A DNA stretch of 63,250 nucleotides, filler included, from Hyphochytrium catenoides (GCA_900088475.1; 5 parts of 5 records of this genome joined end to end with filler, not necessarily neighbours in it), one strand, 5' to 3'; counted from the whole stretch's first letter, positions 27,116-39,774 are shown. Program-made: numbers and translations. The notes: generated from the letters alone by a model not told the origin.

Positions 27116-27953
27116 TGCCCTCTCCCCCGTCTGCAAATGTGCTTATGCATTGATGATTCCTCGATACTTCCTGAGTGAGATTGGAAACTGACCCTGCCCT
27201 TTCTGCATCCTTTTTATCCAGCGGAGGGAGAGGAGAGGTTCGATTCTTCGCGTGGAGTCCAACTCAATCCTTAAAGGAAGAGCCAGAGGTCAGTACATTT
27301 CTTCTTCCTCTCTCGTACTTGTCTCTTTCTCTGTAACCCGCGGTTTCCCCCTAAGGCCTTTCCTCTCTTTCTCTTCCGTCCATGGGCTGTGCCATTTCTG
27401 CGTTATAATTCCTTCTGCCCTATTAACTCTCTTCTCACCTGGGCTGACCGTCTCTCTCCCGATTCCTAGGTCCACACAGTGTTAGGCTTCCTGGGTAGCA
27501 GCACTGAAGCAAAAAGAGAGAGAGATGCTCCTGGAACATTTCGCGCTCTCTCCTACTCCCTTTCGCCATCGGGTGTATGCCTGGCGACGATGGAGCCTTC
27601 CACGACTACATTACTGGCTCGCTTGCCACATGCTCCTGTGAACATATTCGCGAAGAAGAGAGAAAAGGTCAAGTAGGCGTCACTTGTTCTATTCATCTTC
27701 TCTCTCTTTGCTGTCTCCTAACGTTAGACCGCTCTCTCTCTTTAGCTTCTTTTCTAAGACGGAGCCGCACTCACTTTCTCTCACCCTTCACGCTGCTTGT
27801 AGCTCCGGGAGGAGATGGAAGATCAAGATGGTGGCGGCGTCTCCATCTTGAGAGAGAGAGAGAATATGGTGGAGCAAAAGGATGTGCTCTCCTCCCTTCT
27901 CTCCCTTACACAGGTGAGCTTTTCGCCGCGCTGGCCTGTGCGTTTACTTCTAA

Positions 27954-27985
<32 letters not shown>

Positions 27986-29658
27986 TATCTATCTTGCGCG
28001 TCTCTCCTCATTACTCAGACGCCTCCATCCGCAGTGAGCCTTAGCACCTTGCCGACCCTACTCCTCTATTCTCGACAAACGGGCGAGAAAGGGGAAGAGA
28101 GAGTCATAGAGAGCAGCAGGACATGCTTGCAGGAGCTTAATGGCTCGGCTGACATTATAGCCTCTGAGGTAAGGAGAGAGGAAGACAAAGGATTAAGAAG
28201 AACAATGCTAAGAATGCTTAGACGTTATAAGAGTCTTGAGGACCAGCGAGCGAGGGGGAAAATTGGGGCGTATCTCTCACTCTCTCTGAGAGAAGAGAAA
28301 ACGAAGCGACCACACAGGGAGAGACTTTCTGTTTAGCGCCATGTAGTTACGTCTTCCTCCCTCAGGAGTGAGCTAACTCTTTGTCTTCTTCGCTGCTGTC
28401 GACTGTCTACACTGTGGACGGCCCATGACTAGCCTGTACGTGGGCTTGTGGCTGTGGCTTCTTCTTCCTCCTCCTCAGTGCTGGTCCTCCAGCTCGACAC
28501 AGAGAGAAACAAGCTAGAATTGAAGAAGCAGCTGGTCATGCGCGATCTCCCCTTCTCCCTCCATTGGCTTTAGCGTTGAGCTTTCAACTTAGTTCCCTGA
28601 CCTCTGTTTCTCTCTGTCATCCTGAACGCTCTCTTTCCCTTTTTTTTTTGCAGTCCTTCTCCGTTGTCTTTCCTCTCAGAGTTGGGAGCTCCATATGTTC
28701 CGCCTCCTCGTTGGGCTTCTCTCTTCCTTCTCTCTTTCTACTCCTTAGACGACTGCTGAACTTCCGTGGTTTTATCTAGGACGTCGGCTCTACGGATGGG
28801 ACGGTTAGCGTGAAAGGACTGCAGTTTCTCTCTCCCACGGAGCTCCTGGTACTCGACGGTTCTCTCTCACACAGTTCTTTCTCTCTCTGTTTGCTGTCCC
28901 CTCTCCTCTATTCTGCTTGACCTTTCTCTTCGGTTTGTCATTGAGTTGGCCTCTGTCTGGACTTGCTTTCTCTCTTGATCTGAGCAATCTCGCCTGTCTG
29001 TCTCGATAGCCTTCGCAGCACTGATGACAACTTCTCTCTGCTCCGAAAGATCTTGAAAGGCAAGAAGAAGGCTCAGCAGACGTTTATCTCTTCCTCTCTC
29101 TCGGGAAAAGTCTCCTTCGACTTATTTCTCCAGATCCTTTTCCTTCCTTGGGAGGCTGCACCGTCTCAGTCTCCAGCCAGTGGCGGCGGAGGAGAACACA
29201 AAGGAATAGGAGACACAACTGTCTCTCCTTTGTCTTCTCTTTCTCTCTCTTCTTCCTCGCTCCCTCTTCTCAGCGCTGGGGTTGGCGACATTGGAGCGAG
29301 GGAAGTAGAGATTGAACAACGGCTTGGACGGCTGGAGGGCATGAGAGAGGAAGAGCTACGACGACTGATAGAGAGAAGAAGCAAGAGAGTCAGGGACAAA
29401 GCGAAAGAGAGTGGAGAAAGGAGAGAAAGAGCAGAACCATGCGCGGCCCAAAGCACCAGAGGAGAGGAGGAGAGAGGGGAGAGAAAAGAGAGAGAGTTGA
29501 CAGGATGGCAGGAGGTGCACGCTGCGCTTCAGAGTCTAAGGAAAGAACTGGCGTCTCAGTTCGAGCGGCTGGAAGGCCGGATCGATGTCCAAGAGAGAGA
29601 GATTACCAGCCTCCACCAAAAGCTGGACCGTCTGCTGGAGAGAGAGACCAAGAAATAG
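25063..29658 (+). CDS. WDCP: WD repeat and coiled-coil protein, WDCP/C2orf44-like; multi-exon
   Basis: Spliced segments GNCLRN|AVSPLSGLVAL, LLALASRHSVQVWSI, RGVEWRPGGNDAVLM|VVQPVFVSLF and ALLSAWSPNGRELAM parallel remembered WDCP segments (AVHPIHGLAW, LLAVQHEKHVTVWQL, QGCVWHPKCAIL, CACWTQDGLRLVV) in the same order. The last exon encodes a coiled coil (LQSLRKELASQFERLEGRIDVQEREITSLHQKLDRLL). Confidence 0.65.
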
Positions 29659-30319
29659 AGAGATACGTCATAAGGAGAGAGAAGGAAGGGTACTTGAGAT
29701 GACCTGGTGGCGCGAGAAGGTACACGGAACATAGCTAATGGGCGGCAGCCGCTAGAGGATAGACGGGTACACCCTCTGTCCAAGGTCCCGAGCTCCAGCC
29801 AACTTCTCTCCCTCCTCTCTCTCTGCCTTGCCTCTCTCTGCCACTCCTTTCTCTTCTCTCTCTCTCTCTCTCTCGCTCGCTCGCTCGCCCTTTTTGCTGT
29901 TGTCTCTTCGCTTATCATGTCCTATAACGGTTGTCCCATGCAAGACGGCGATCTCCTTCCCTGCCGACTCTCTCTTCTCTCTCTGAGCGTCCTCTTTCTT
30001 TCATGGCTTAGATTGACTGCCTTTCTCTCTTCCGCTAAATCTCATTATTTATTTCAATAAAGAAATCTATAGAGACTTGATCAACCCGTAGTGCAGGCCA
30101 CGGGGAGCAGCGATGCTACGTGAGAGAGAGAGAGAAAGGAGAGAGGTGAAGGTAGACAGAGAGAGAGAGGGACGTCGGTGAGAGGCAGGAGAGAAGGTCA
30201 GGGCGCCTAGTTCTCTGCTCCATGGCCGGGCAGGCAGGAAGGGGAACCCCAGCGGATACATCGCCATTCTCTCTCTCCCCTCTCTCTCTTCCTCTCTCTC
30301 TCTCTCTCTGTTCCTCTTC

Positions 30320-30380
<61 letters not shown>

Positions 30381-30622
30381 TCTTTCTCTCTCTCTCTCTC
30401 TCTTCCTCTCTCTCTCAACAGCCAAGGTTCTGTGACTGTTCGTGTGATGGCTCCCCTTCCCTGTGCGTGGACCGTGTTCAGGGGCTGTGTGTGCATAATT
30501 CTGATGGTGTGGCCTCTGTAGGATTCTGGTCCAGTTGTATCTTTCCTGCTCATTCCCAGCTTCTGCTCTCTCTCGCTCTCTCTCGCTCTCTCTCTCTCTC
30601 TCCCTCTCTCTCTCTCTCTCTC

Positions 30623-30722
30623 NNNNNNNNNNNNNNNNNNNNNNNNNNNNNNNNNNNNNNNNNNNNTTAATTAATTAANNNNNNNNNNNNNNNNNNNNNN
30701 NNNNNNNNNNNNNNNNNNNNNN
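30623..30722. other. Artificial contig-joining linker (N44-TTAATTAATTAA-N44)
   Basis: TTAATTAATTAA at 30667-30678, with stops in all six frames, centred in 100 bp of N. Identical structure occurs four times. Confidence 0.95.
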
Positions 30723-31634
30723 TTCACTGAGCTTCAATCATTTTCATAAAACGGCAATCGTGCTGCTTCAATGTACGAAGAGAAAAGAAAAGCATTGCTG
30801 CTTGAGGAAAAAAAGGGGAAAAATTGTCAACTTCCTCTCACCTTCTCTCTCTGTGTCTCTCTCTCTCTTCCTCTCCTCTCTTTCTCTATGACACACCCTT
30901 TCTCTCTCTCTTTTAAAGGTCCAGGCCTCACTAGTCCCTTAGCCACGATACTTTTGAGGATCAATAAAGAGTGAACAAAAAGAATAAAGAGACCAAGTTG
31001 ATTCTTTCTTGCATTGTCTTCCCCTATTGTCCTGCCCTGTCTGCTCCTCATCTGAGCATCTGATGGCGTGAGCATACAAATCGCCTGGCATCACTGGCGC
31101 TAGAGCGTCGCTCGAGCCCATCAATCAACTTCAAAAAGAAGATGATGGCTCAAGAGAGAGAGTAGTCGTTTCTAGTGGTAAAAGACGGGAAAAGTGTTCA
31201 AAGTGGAGCGAGACAGAGAGGAATGCTTTCTCTTCTTGCTTCCGATGGCGTCACCACCTTCGTTATTGTCTTCTTTGTCTTCCCCTGGCTTCTGCCACAC
31301 GCTTAGGAGCTAGGAGACATGAGGACGAAGGAGGAGGAAAGAGATGATGGTGATGATGAGACGACTGATGAAGATTGGATGCAGGTCGTGACGAGGGAAC
31401 GGATGAAGAAAGAGGCTATGGCTTGGGAGGCTTTAGCTTGCCCAATATCTCTCTGGGACGAGGAAGTGGGAGGAAGCCAGTCCATTCAGTTAATTTGGCT
31501 TCTGTGAAGAGAGAGAGAGAGAGAGTGAGAGAGAGAGAGAGTGACACACACAGAAAGCCAGAAATGGGAGGGGAGAGAGAGACACGAGAGAGAAAGAGAA
31601 ACAGGTAGAGAGACAGAGGAAAAACAGAGACAGA

Positions 31635-31666
<32 letters not shown>

Positions 31667-31687
31667 AAAAGAGAGAGAAAGAGAAAC

Positions 31688-31718
<31 letters not shown>

Positions 31719-31719
31719 G

Positions 31720-31758
<39 letters not shown>

Positions 31759-33129
31759 AAGCAGGGAAAACCCACAGAACCCAAAATTTACCACTCCGTA
31801 ATGTTTCACTCCATGAAGCTTTTCAGCGTTCTATAAGAAACATTGAGATTAGTTGTGTAAAAAGTACTTGCCACGAAATAATCATTTCAAAGAAAGGAAT
31901 GAATACTTCCGATCCTACACTGGCCAGATCGTCGGAGTTGCCCCCCTCATCCTTGTCGAATGTTAGCCTCCCTGGGGCTCCGCTATTTTGATACCTAGAC
32001 CTCCAAGAAAATTGACCCAAGAATTTGGTCAGCATGCTTCTCTTCTATGTTAACACCGCAGGAAATCGTTAGACTGTCGTCCACCTTGCTCACACACAGC
32101 GTCGGAAAGGAGGAGTTTTGGTCAGTTGAAGCCTTTGCATGACGGCAGGTCAGGCACCCAGAAGAAGACAAGGTAATAGAACTGTTGGGCATGTGCCTGA
32201 CCCAAGCAGCCACCAGCTTCCACAACGCGACCCTATACCTTTGGGACCATGCTGGGCGGAATACGTTTAGAACCTATATTCGGGACTGTCTTTACTATCT
32301 TCGAGACTTTGATATTGCATATAGCACATGAAGGCTTTATTGGCTTGAGAGATCTTCTTAGATTCGGTTGAGTTCACTATATGGCTGGCAAATGGCGGAT
32401 GTGTAGGGTTTAGGAGGACTGTTCTTGAGTAAAATTTGCTGCTAGTCGAGCCACTGAGACAAAGCAGCCAAATAAGTTTGATAAGGAAGATGGCTGGGAG
32501 ATGGAGAGAGAGAGAGAGAGAGAGAGAGGAAGAGAGACAGAGAGAGAGAGACAGAGACAGAGAGATAGGCCATCTAGAACTCCCGAGTGACTAACAGAGA
32601 ACAAAAGAAGCCAAGGATAAGATGACAAGAGAAACAAGAATAAGATGGAGACAGAACAAAGAAAGAGAGAGAGAGAGAGTGAGAGAGAGAGAGAGAGAGA
32701 GAGGGAGGGAGAGAGAGAGGGAGAGAGAGAGAGAGAGAGAAGAGGCTAGTGGGGATAAAGGGTAGGTAGTTCTACGGTCAGGAAGTACGACAGAAGAACC
32801 ACAAGGGTAGGAGTATCTTGGGCCTCACTGGTCCTTCCCTCCCAAACGGCCTAAGAGGTGTGACCCAGCCTCCGCTGGTCCGGATCTTTTGAGCCAAGGG
32901 CCGCTAACGGCTATCGGGTCGGTGGGAAGAGGAGTGTATATTGCTTAGCATTTCTGTTGTTGGCCTGTCTGATGATGGGCGGAGGTCAGGGGGTGAGCGA
33001 GATGATGGGTCAGGCCAAACCCACATTGTAACCGCCAGGATGCTATAGATAATACACTGGGAAGGAACAAACCCACATTTGTTGGTAAAGCGAGGAAGAT
33101 GGCGAGCAAGAGACAAACCTCTTCGTGGA

Positions 33130-33162
<33 letters not shown>

Positions 33163-33276
33163 AAGAGAGAAAGAGATGAAGCGCACCAACGGCTGTGTCC
33201 GCCCAGTGCCGACACGGTATTCTTTATTCATTTATCCTTTTTGTCGTCGCTACCCAGAAACGGCATCGTAGCCGCC

Positions 33277-34830
33277 ATGGCGCCGCCTTCTCTTATCGAT
33301 ACCGCCCTGGAGGCTGGTGAACCACGTGCTTCATCAATGCCAACTCCAATCTCTTCTCCTGTCTCTTTTACCTCAGGCTTTGATGCCATTGAGACTCCTG
33401 GAAGAAAGGCGTCACACTTTGAGGAGAATGCTGAAGTCCCAAAGTCCCGCTTCTCTCGGAAGACTAAAGCAGGGATTGCCTTCGCCGCCTTGGCTGTTGC
33501 AGGTGTCGTAGCAGTTAGCGTCGGACTGTCCAGTGGTGGCAGCAGCACACAAGAGGGGGATGCAGAGAATCATAGTGTTGTTAGTTTTGCCTCTGGTACC
33601 GCTCGACAGTGTGTCAGTTGGTCCCCAACCAGTGGCACCTCTTTCGACGCCATTAAGAATGAGCTCTCATCCATCAAGGCCAAGGGCTTCAACTGCATTA
33701 AGAGTTATCAGTCTCAGTTTGGCTCGGTTCAAGTCGCTGACGCAGCTGCTGCTGCTGGAGTAGACGTTGTTCTCGGTGTTTGGATTAAGGACGGGCAACG
33801 GGGAGGAGAAGTTGCCTCTGCTAAGGCACAATGTGGAAAGCCTAACGTTGTGGCTGTTTATGTGGGCAATGAAGACTGCGGGTCTCACGGCCAAGTACTC
33901 AAGGAGTCTTTCTTCGATGTCAAGAGTGCATGCGGCGGCAAGCCTATAGGAACAAATCAAATGACTCATGAGCTTCTAAATAACGTCTGCCCGCCGGAGG
34001 TTCTAGGTGCTGCGGACTATATTGGAGCCAACGTCTACTCTTTCTTCAGCGGTGCGGCACGCGGAAAAGGCAGTGGTAGTGAGTTTGCCGCCCAGATCAA
34101 TGCGCTGAAGGGTCATCCCGTGGTAGGACCCAAGCTTCACATTACTGAGACTGGCTGGCCCTCTGCCGGTGGCTCTGCGGCTGGAGGCGATGCCACCTAT
34201 GACAACGCCAAGAACTATTTCAACGAGGTTGCTAAGATGGCCTGTGAGGGAAGAATCCCGGGCTGGATCTACTTCTCCTACTTTATGGCTATTGATGATG
34301 GCAACAAAGGTGGCCCTGCTTTTGAGAAGTCCTTTGGTCTAATGAGCGCTGGCGCTCAGCCGAAGTGGGATCTAGGTCCTCTTCTCTCCTGCAGTGCTGG
34401 AGCTCCTCCTCCACCGCCACCTCCGACGCCAGCGCCTACGCCTGCTCCCACGACTGCCGCCCCTACCACCATCGCACCGACAACTGCTCCTGCCACAACC
34501 GAGCCTGCAACCACCTTCGCCCCTACGAGCGCTAATATCACCTCGGAGGCATCAGCTAACGTCACCGTTAGCGCCGAGTTAGTTAGTGAGGAGAGTACCA
34601 CTGAGGAAATCTCCGAGGGCCCGTTACCTACTACTGAGGAGGGTCCAACTGACTCTGTAGCACAGGACGTTCAGGTTCCTGATGGGGCACAAGCTGATGG
34701 TGTAACAGATGCTTTAGGGACCGATCCTCTTGGACAGGGAGACAGCAGCACGAGTGGCGCCAGTGGGCTGACCTTCTTCTCTGCTATGACCATGACAGTA
34801 GCACTTCTTTTTTCTACCCTTGTGATGTGA
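33277..34830 (+). CDS. GH17 beta-1,3-glucanase/glucanosyltransferase with N-terminal TM helix, Pro/Thr-rich stalk and C-terminal GPI-like signal; intronless
   Basis: Kozak-like gccgccATGG at 33277. GH17 motifs VVLGVW, VYVGNE (acid/base), GANVYSFF, ITETGWPS (nucleophile), FEKSFGL. TM segment AGIAFAALAVAGVVAVSVGL; PPPPPPPTPAPTPAPTT stalk; hydrophobic tail LTFFSAMTMTVALLFSTLVM. Confidence 0.92.
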   Translation: MAPPSLIDTALEAGEPRASSMPTPISSPVSFTSGFDAIETPGRKASHFEENAEVPKSRFSRKTKAGIAFAALAVAGVVAVSVGLSSGGSSTQEGDAENHSVVSFASGTARQCVSWSPTSGTSFDAIKNELSSIKAKGFNCIKSYQSQFGSVQVADAAAAAGVDVVLGVWIKDGQRGGEVASAKAQCGKPNVVAVYVGNEDCGSHGQVLKESFFDVKSACGGKPIGTNQMTHELLNNVCPPEVLGAADYIGANVYSFFSGAARGKGSGSEFAAQINALKGHPVVGPKLHITETGWPSAGGSAAGGDATYDNAKNYFNEVAKMACEGRIPGWIYFSYFMAIDDGNKGGPAFEKSFGLMSAGAQPKWDLGPLLSCSAGAPPPPPPPTPAPTPAPTTAAPTTIAPTTAPATTEPATTFAPTSANITSEASANVTVSAELVSEESTTEEISEGPLPTTEEGPTDSVAQDVQVPDGAQADGVTDALGTDPLGQGDSSTSGASGLTFFSAMTMTVALLFSTLVM

Positions 34831-37625
34831 GAGACCATCCACTCAGCAAGCGTAGCACTGGCTTGCTGGCAATGATAGGCAGTTAACAAGGCAAACCCAA
34901 AGTTTTATTTAGATCTCGCCCTAGGTCTCTAGTAGTACCTTGTCGATTCAGGACGCAGACTTCTCTGTCTCCGTACATTAACTTATCCGCTATATATTAT
35001 AAATGCAGAAGTCTCATCTTTCTCCAAATAAATGGCTCATCAGACACTAAACTGCTATTAGAACTTTCCTTAGTGCATCATCACTGATCAGTTGTAAGGC
35101 TTCAGGAAAGATGTCTTCCGTAAGATGAGGCTTCCTCGGCAAGGTTCTTAAAGGGCAATTCTTGCAGATTATTAGGCATAGAAGAGAAAGAGTTCCTCAC
35201 TCGCGTTCTAGTGGTAGGCAATGAATGCATTATGCTGAGTATCTTCCCAATAAAGAGTTAGGTTGGTTGGGTCATCCCCTATCGCAAGCTCTGCGTGAAG
35301 TCCTCTTTCAAAAAGTCCTAGGATTCTTCATCGACACTATCTTGGGAAGTCCCACGGCCATGTATCAGCAATCACCACCCAGCTTTTTCTCTCCTCCTTC
35401 GTCAACAGCACTTTTGCTTCACAAGGAATCTGGAGTAAGGCCTAAAGTTTCTCTTCGCTCTCTAGAGCATTTGTTTGGAAGGTTGTACATCTGAGTCGCT
35501 CCAGTTATTGGCGACCTCAGTGTCTTTCAGGGCCTATGTAGGCAAGAGTCATCGGTGTATTTATGCTGATGCAAGCTGACCAAGAGCCTGCCATGATTAA
35601 TGTCTGAGGCGCGTGTGTCCTCATCATTAACTCCAAAGAAAAGGTTGAAGAGAATGTGATTCAAAGATCGTCAGACAGGTATTGGGAGGTAGAGGTTAGA
35701 GGTTGACCAAATGCTTTATCGGGGATTTTGGATAAGGGAGATGGGACTTTGACTATCTTATTCATGGTATTATTTCTCCACATTTTCTTTTCTCTCTCTC
35801 TCTCTCTCTTTCATTTTGAGTATCTCGGGACGATAAAGGAAACATTGGTCTCTGCTTCAGGTGTTGATGATCTCTGATGGTGATCGAGCGGTAGTCAGTG
35901 TTGCCGTCAGAATGGCGACGGACAGTCGCCGTTAAATAGTCGCGCTGGCTACAGAGACTGTGCATGTGAGAAGGTGGATAATAAAGCGAAGGCCAAAAAC
36001 AGAGAAAGTGACAGACAGATCCTCTTTGGTGTCTTTTTGGCGTTAGAAAAGGTAAGACGTGACAAGCAATCAGTCAGAAGGAGCGATACCGTCAGTAGTA
36101 TGTGTTGTCAACTGTGTGGTCAGTCATCAGAGTCACCACTCACCACAGCTGGGAACTATGTAAGAGAGAGATGATTATGCTCAACACGCCATGCAGGGCC
36201 CCAAGTCATAATGTATGGCTAGCGAGCGAGCGTGAGGCAAGAGTGAATGGGGAAACAAGGGAAAGAAAGTCGAATCCCGCAAATGTGTGATGCCAGGAAC
36301 GTCTTCTCTGGCGCCAGTGATGAGTGTTTATGGCCTGCCATGGTCCATTAGATAGAGGACGAGAAAACGGCGACTTAGGGTTCAGTGAGAGAGGCGGCTG
36401 GCGCCAGTGTAGACTCTCTCGTCAGCTCTTTTTCCCCTTCCAGTCCCACTGCTCTCTATTGCTCTGTCTTTCTTTCCTTTACCATGGAAATGCATTCCCC
36501 TCAGCTGTGAAAGCTCTGTCTCTTCTCTTTCCCCCCTTTCTGTCTCTCTTGTCCATTGTATTGGGGTTGCACGCCTCAGGTACTTCAATTAGTGCCTGTG
36601 GTGGCCAATAATGAGTGGTGACGCAGCAAGATGTAGATCTAAGGATCGACAAAACGAGATGAGGAGGACAAAAGAAGGTAATCACCGTCTTCTCTTTCTA
36701 CAACGAAAGTAGAGGTTCTATGGGCAGAATGGGTGAGGAGTGGAGGAGATAAAGACTAAGAGTGAGAGATGGAGTGAGAGAAGAGGCAAGAACCACTGAG
36801 AAGAGAGCGAGAGAGCGAAAGAGAGACCGAAAGAGAGAGAGAGAGGGAGAGCGAGAGCGAGCGAGCGAGCGAGCGAGCGAGAGCGAGAGAGAGAGAGTGA
36901 GTGAGTGAGAGAGAGAGAGTGAGTGAGTGGAGAGAGAGAGAGATAGCGAGAGAGGGACCGGGGAGAGAGAGAGAGAAAAAAAAGAAGAGAGAGAGAGAAA
37001 GAGAGGGAGAGAGAGGACCATGAAAGAACCATGCTGACGTGCAGCGGGAAAGGGCTAAGACGCGGACAGTGTGACAGGCCCACGCCGAGCCCCCGCTCGT
37101 TAGCTCTCAGGCTAGAGCTGCCAGTCGATAGATGAGCGCTCTCCGGCGCCCTGCTCGTGCTGGGAGAGAGCAGAAGTGAGAGAGGAGACGGGAGCACGCC
37201 AGAGGACCAAAACGTTATCTCAAACATCGGTCATTGTGTCAAATAAGCTTTTATTAGCAGTTGGGCAATCATTCTGCTAAATTCGGCACCAAGACTCAGT
37301 AGGAAAGGAGATAATTGGCATTTGACCCACGTCATATTTACGGGTATATTGAGAATATTGTGTCATTTATCCTGCAAAATTGGCATAAGAAGCTCACTGC
37401 TCACTCAATCGCCAAATAATCGCTCCATGTTAATGTGCTTAATGTGCCTCGTACATATCAGGAACAGGACTTCTCTGATTCAATAATACGACGAGGTTAT
37501 TCATCATCATTGACGATTTTGGCCCATCATAACGATCCGTATCTCACCCCAAGCTCCCTGGCGGCAGGTGAGACGTGTGCGGTGGTCAGGAAGGAAGCGA
37601 CAGGCGAAGAAAGGGAGAGAACCAG

Positions 37626-37682
<57 letters not shown>

Positions 37683-38160
37683 TCCCTCTCCCTTCTCTCT
37701 CTCTCTCTTCTTGTGCTCTCCCCTCTCCCCTTGCGTCCTCCATCTTCCTCTTTCCATCATCTTTCTCATCTCCTCTTTCCTCTCCCTCGTTGTCTATCTC
37801 CCTGCCATTGCACAGATATTGCTCTATCTTCTCCATGCCTTCCTCCTGTTAGCTGTCGTGCACCATTAGACTCGCCCAGCAGCCTTCTTAGGCATCATCA
37901 AGATTTGTCATGATGCCTTCTTGCTTAGACTATCTGCAAAGGAAGACTGACGCTGCGGGTCGAAAGACTGACCATTCGCTTGAACCCTGTCTTTCCCTTT
38001 ATGCAAGCTCACAGACGCCACTACCGCTATGTACTAGTGAAAGGATGAAAGAAACGAGGACTGCACTTGCGGTCCGCAGCTCATATCCTGACTTCCACTC
38101 TCACCGCCACTGTGTCGTTCCTTTGGGCCTCGGTGCGAACAAATCTTCATACAAAGCACC

Positions 38161-39774
38161 ATGAAGACATTCGCCTCAGCCTCCGCTCTGGCCTTTGTGG
38201 CCGCGGCCTCCTGGAGCTCTGGCGTGGAAGGCCGATTGAACTGCGTCAATTATGAGCCGTTCAGCAACTATCTCTATAACTCTAACATTGATGCCGCACT
38301 AAACAATGACTTGGGGGCCATCGCACGACAGGGCTTCAAATGCATTAAGAGCTACTATTCCCAGCATTTTGGCAGGAACGTAGCGCAGTTTGCTAAGAAT
38401 TATGGCCTTCAGGTGGTCTTGGGCGTGTGGATGGAAGAGGGCGCCTTCATTGAAGCAGAGATATCTAACGCCATCCACTCCTGCAAGAACCACGACAACG
38501 TTATCGCTCTCTCCATCGGCGTAGAGAACCTCCCTCGCCGCAATGCCTGGGATATTCTTAACATTAAGAACCGGTTGAGAGCTGCAGGCTGTGTGAAACC
38601 CATCGGAACCTCTCAGATGCTAAGTTACTATCTGAACAAGAATGGTGTGGCTTGGAACTTAATCCACGAGCTGGACTTCCTAGGATACAATGTCTACCCT
38701 TTCTTCACTCCTCTGAACTCGCCCAACCAAGCTGTCGAAGCTCTCAAGAATCAGATAGGACAGCTGCGCAACGCTTACCCTGACATCTTCGACAGCAAGT
38801 TTAGAATCACGGAGACTGGTTGGCCAACGGATGGCGGCAATAGCCCTCAGGGGAACGCTGCCAATTGGTGGAATGCTAAGAACTATGCTGACGGCTTTGC
38901 GTCTATGCTGTGCTCTGGACAAATCAACACGCCCTGGGTCGCCTACTTCATCTTCTTTGATCCCTCTTACAAGACCTGGGCCGTGCCTTTCGAGAGGAGC
39001 TTTGGTCTTGCTTATGCTAATGGAAACCCCAAGTGGGACATCCGCAATTTGAACTGCAATGGCTTTGTAGAAGATAGAGTTGACTCTCCATCGGTCCAGA
39101 AGTGCGCCGATAACACTCAGTTCATTGAGGGCACTGACTTTTATGGCAACGATATCCGTTCGGTGAGGGCAGGATCTCACATGGATTGCTGTGGCCATTG
39201 CTCTAGCACTCAGGGCTGCAACACCTGGGTGTGGACACGTTATAACGGTGGGACATGCTTCTTAAAAAACGCTGCCAGCAACCGCAGAGCTCTGTCAGGA
39301 GAGGCAGGAGCTGTAGCATGGACCTCTACTGGCGGTGATAGTCCATCTGGAGGCACCAGTGAGCTGCTAACCTATAACACCAACATTCTAGGCAATGATG
39401 TGGCCAATGTAAGGAGAAACAATGCTGCAGAGTGCTTTGACGCATGCTACGCTAACGCCCAATGTGGCTCCTTCACTTGGTCCAACTACCAAGGCGGTAC
39501 CTGCTGGTTGAAGAGCGGGGGCGGGTCAACCACAGAGAGAAAGGCGGGGGACATTAGTGGTGTGAAGTGTGGGCTGCGACAGGATGTTGATATCCCTGGT
39601 AACGACATTGGCAACGCCAAGTCTACTACGGCAAGCGGCTGCTGTTCTCTCTGTGCGTCTAAGACAGGGTGCAAGGCATTCACTTGGAGCGGCTTTAACG
39701 GCGGCACTTGCTGGTTGAAGAGCTCAGGAAATGGTGCTGTCACAGGCCGCCCTGGCCTCTTTTCTTTCTCTTAA
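38161..39774 (+). CDS. Secreted GH17 beta-1,3-glucanase/transglycosylase with three C-terminal PAN/Apple modules; intronless
   Basis: Signal peptide MKTFASASALAFVAAASWSSGVEG. GH17 motifs VVLGVW, SIGVE, GYNVYPFF, ITETGWPT, FERSFGL. Three repeats of GND(I/V)...C..C....C..(W/F)(V/T)W..(Y/F)(N/Q)GGTC(F/W)LK. Confidence 0.93.
   Translation: MKTFASASALAFVAAASWSSGVEGRLNCVNYEPFSNYLYNSNIDAALNNDLGAIARQGFKCIKSYYSQHFGRNVAQFAKNYGLQVVLGVWMEEGAFIEAEISNAIHSCKNHDNVIALSIGVENLPRRNAWDILNIKNRLRAAGCVKPIGTSQMLSYYLNKNGVAWNLIHELDFLGYNVYPFFTPLNSPNQAVEALKNQIGQLRNAYPDIFDSKFRITETGWPTDGGNSPQGNAANWWNAKNYADGFASMLCSGQINTPWVAYFIFFDPSYKTWAVPFERSFGLAYANGNPKWDIRNLNCNGFVEDRVDSPSVQKCADNTQFIEGTDFYGNDIRSVRAGSHMDCCGHCSSTQGCNTWVWTRYNGGTCFLKNAASNRRALSGEAGAVAWTSTGGDSPSGGTSELLTYNTNILGNDVANVRRNNAAECFDACYANAQCGSFTWSNYQGGTCWLKSGGGSTTERKAGDISGVKCGLRQDVDIPGNDIGNAKSTTASGCCSLCASKTGCKAFTWSGFNGGTCWLKSSGNGAVTGRPGLFSFS

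Noticed and set aside
33079-33276. N-terminal extension of the 583-aa GH17 ORF
   Set aside because: It starts at TTG and runs through a (GA)n tract. The first ATG in good context is 33277.
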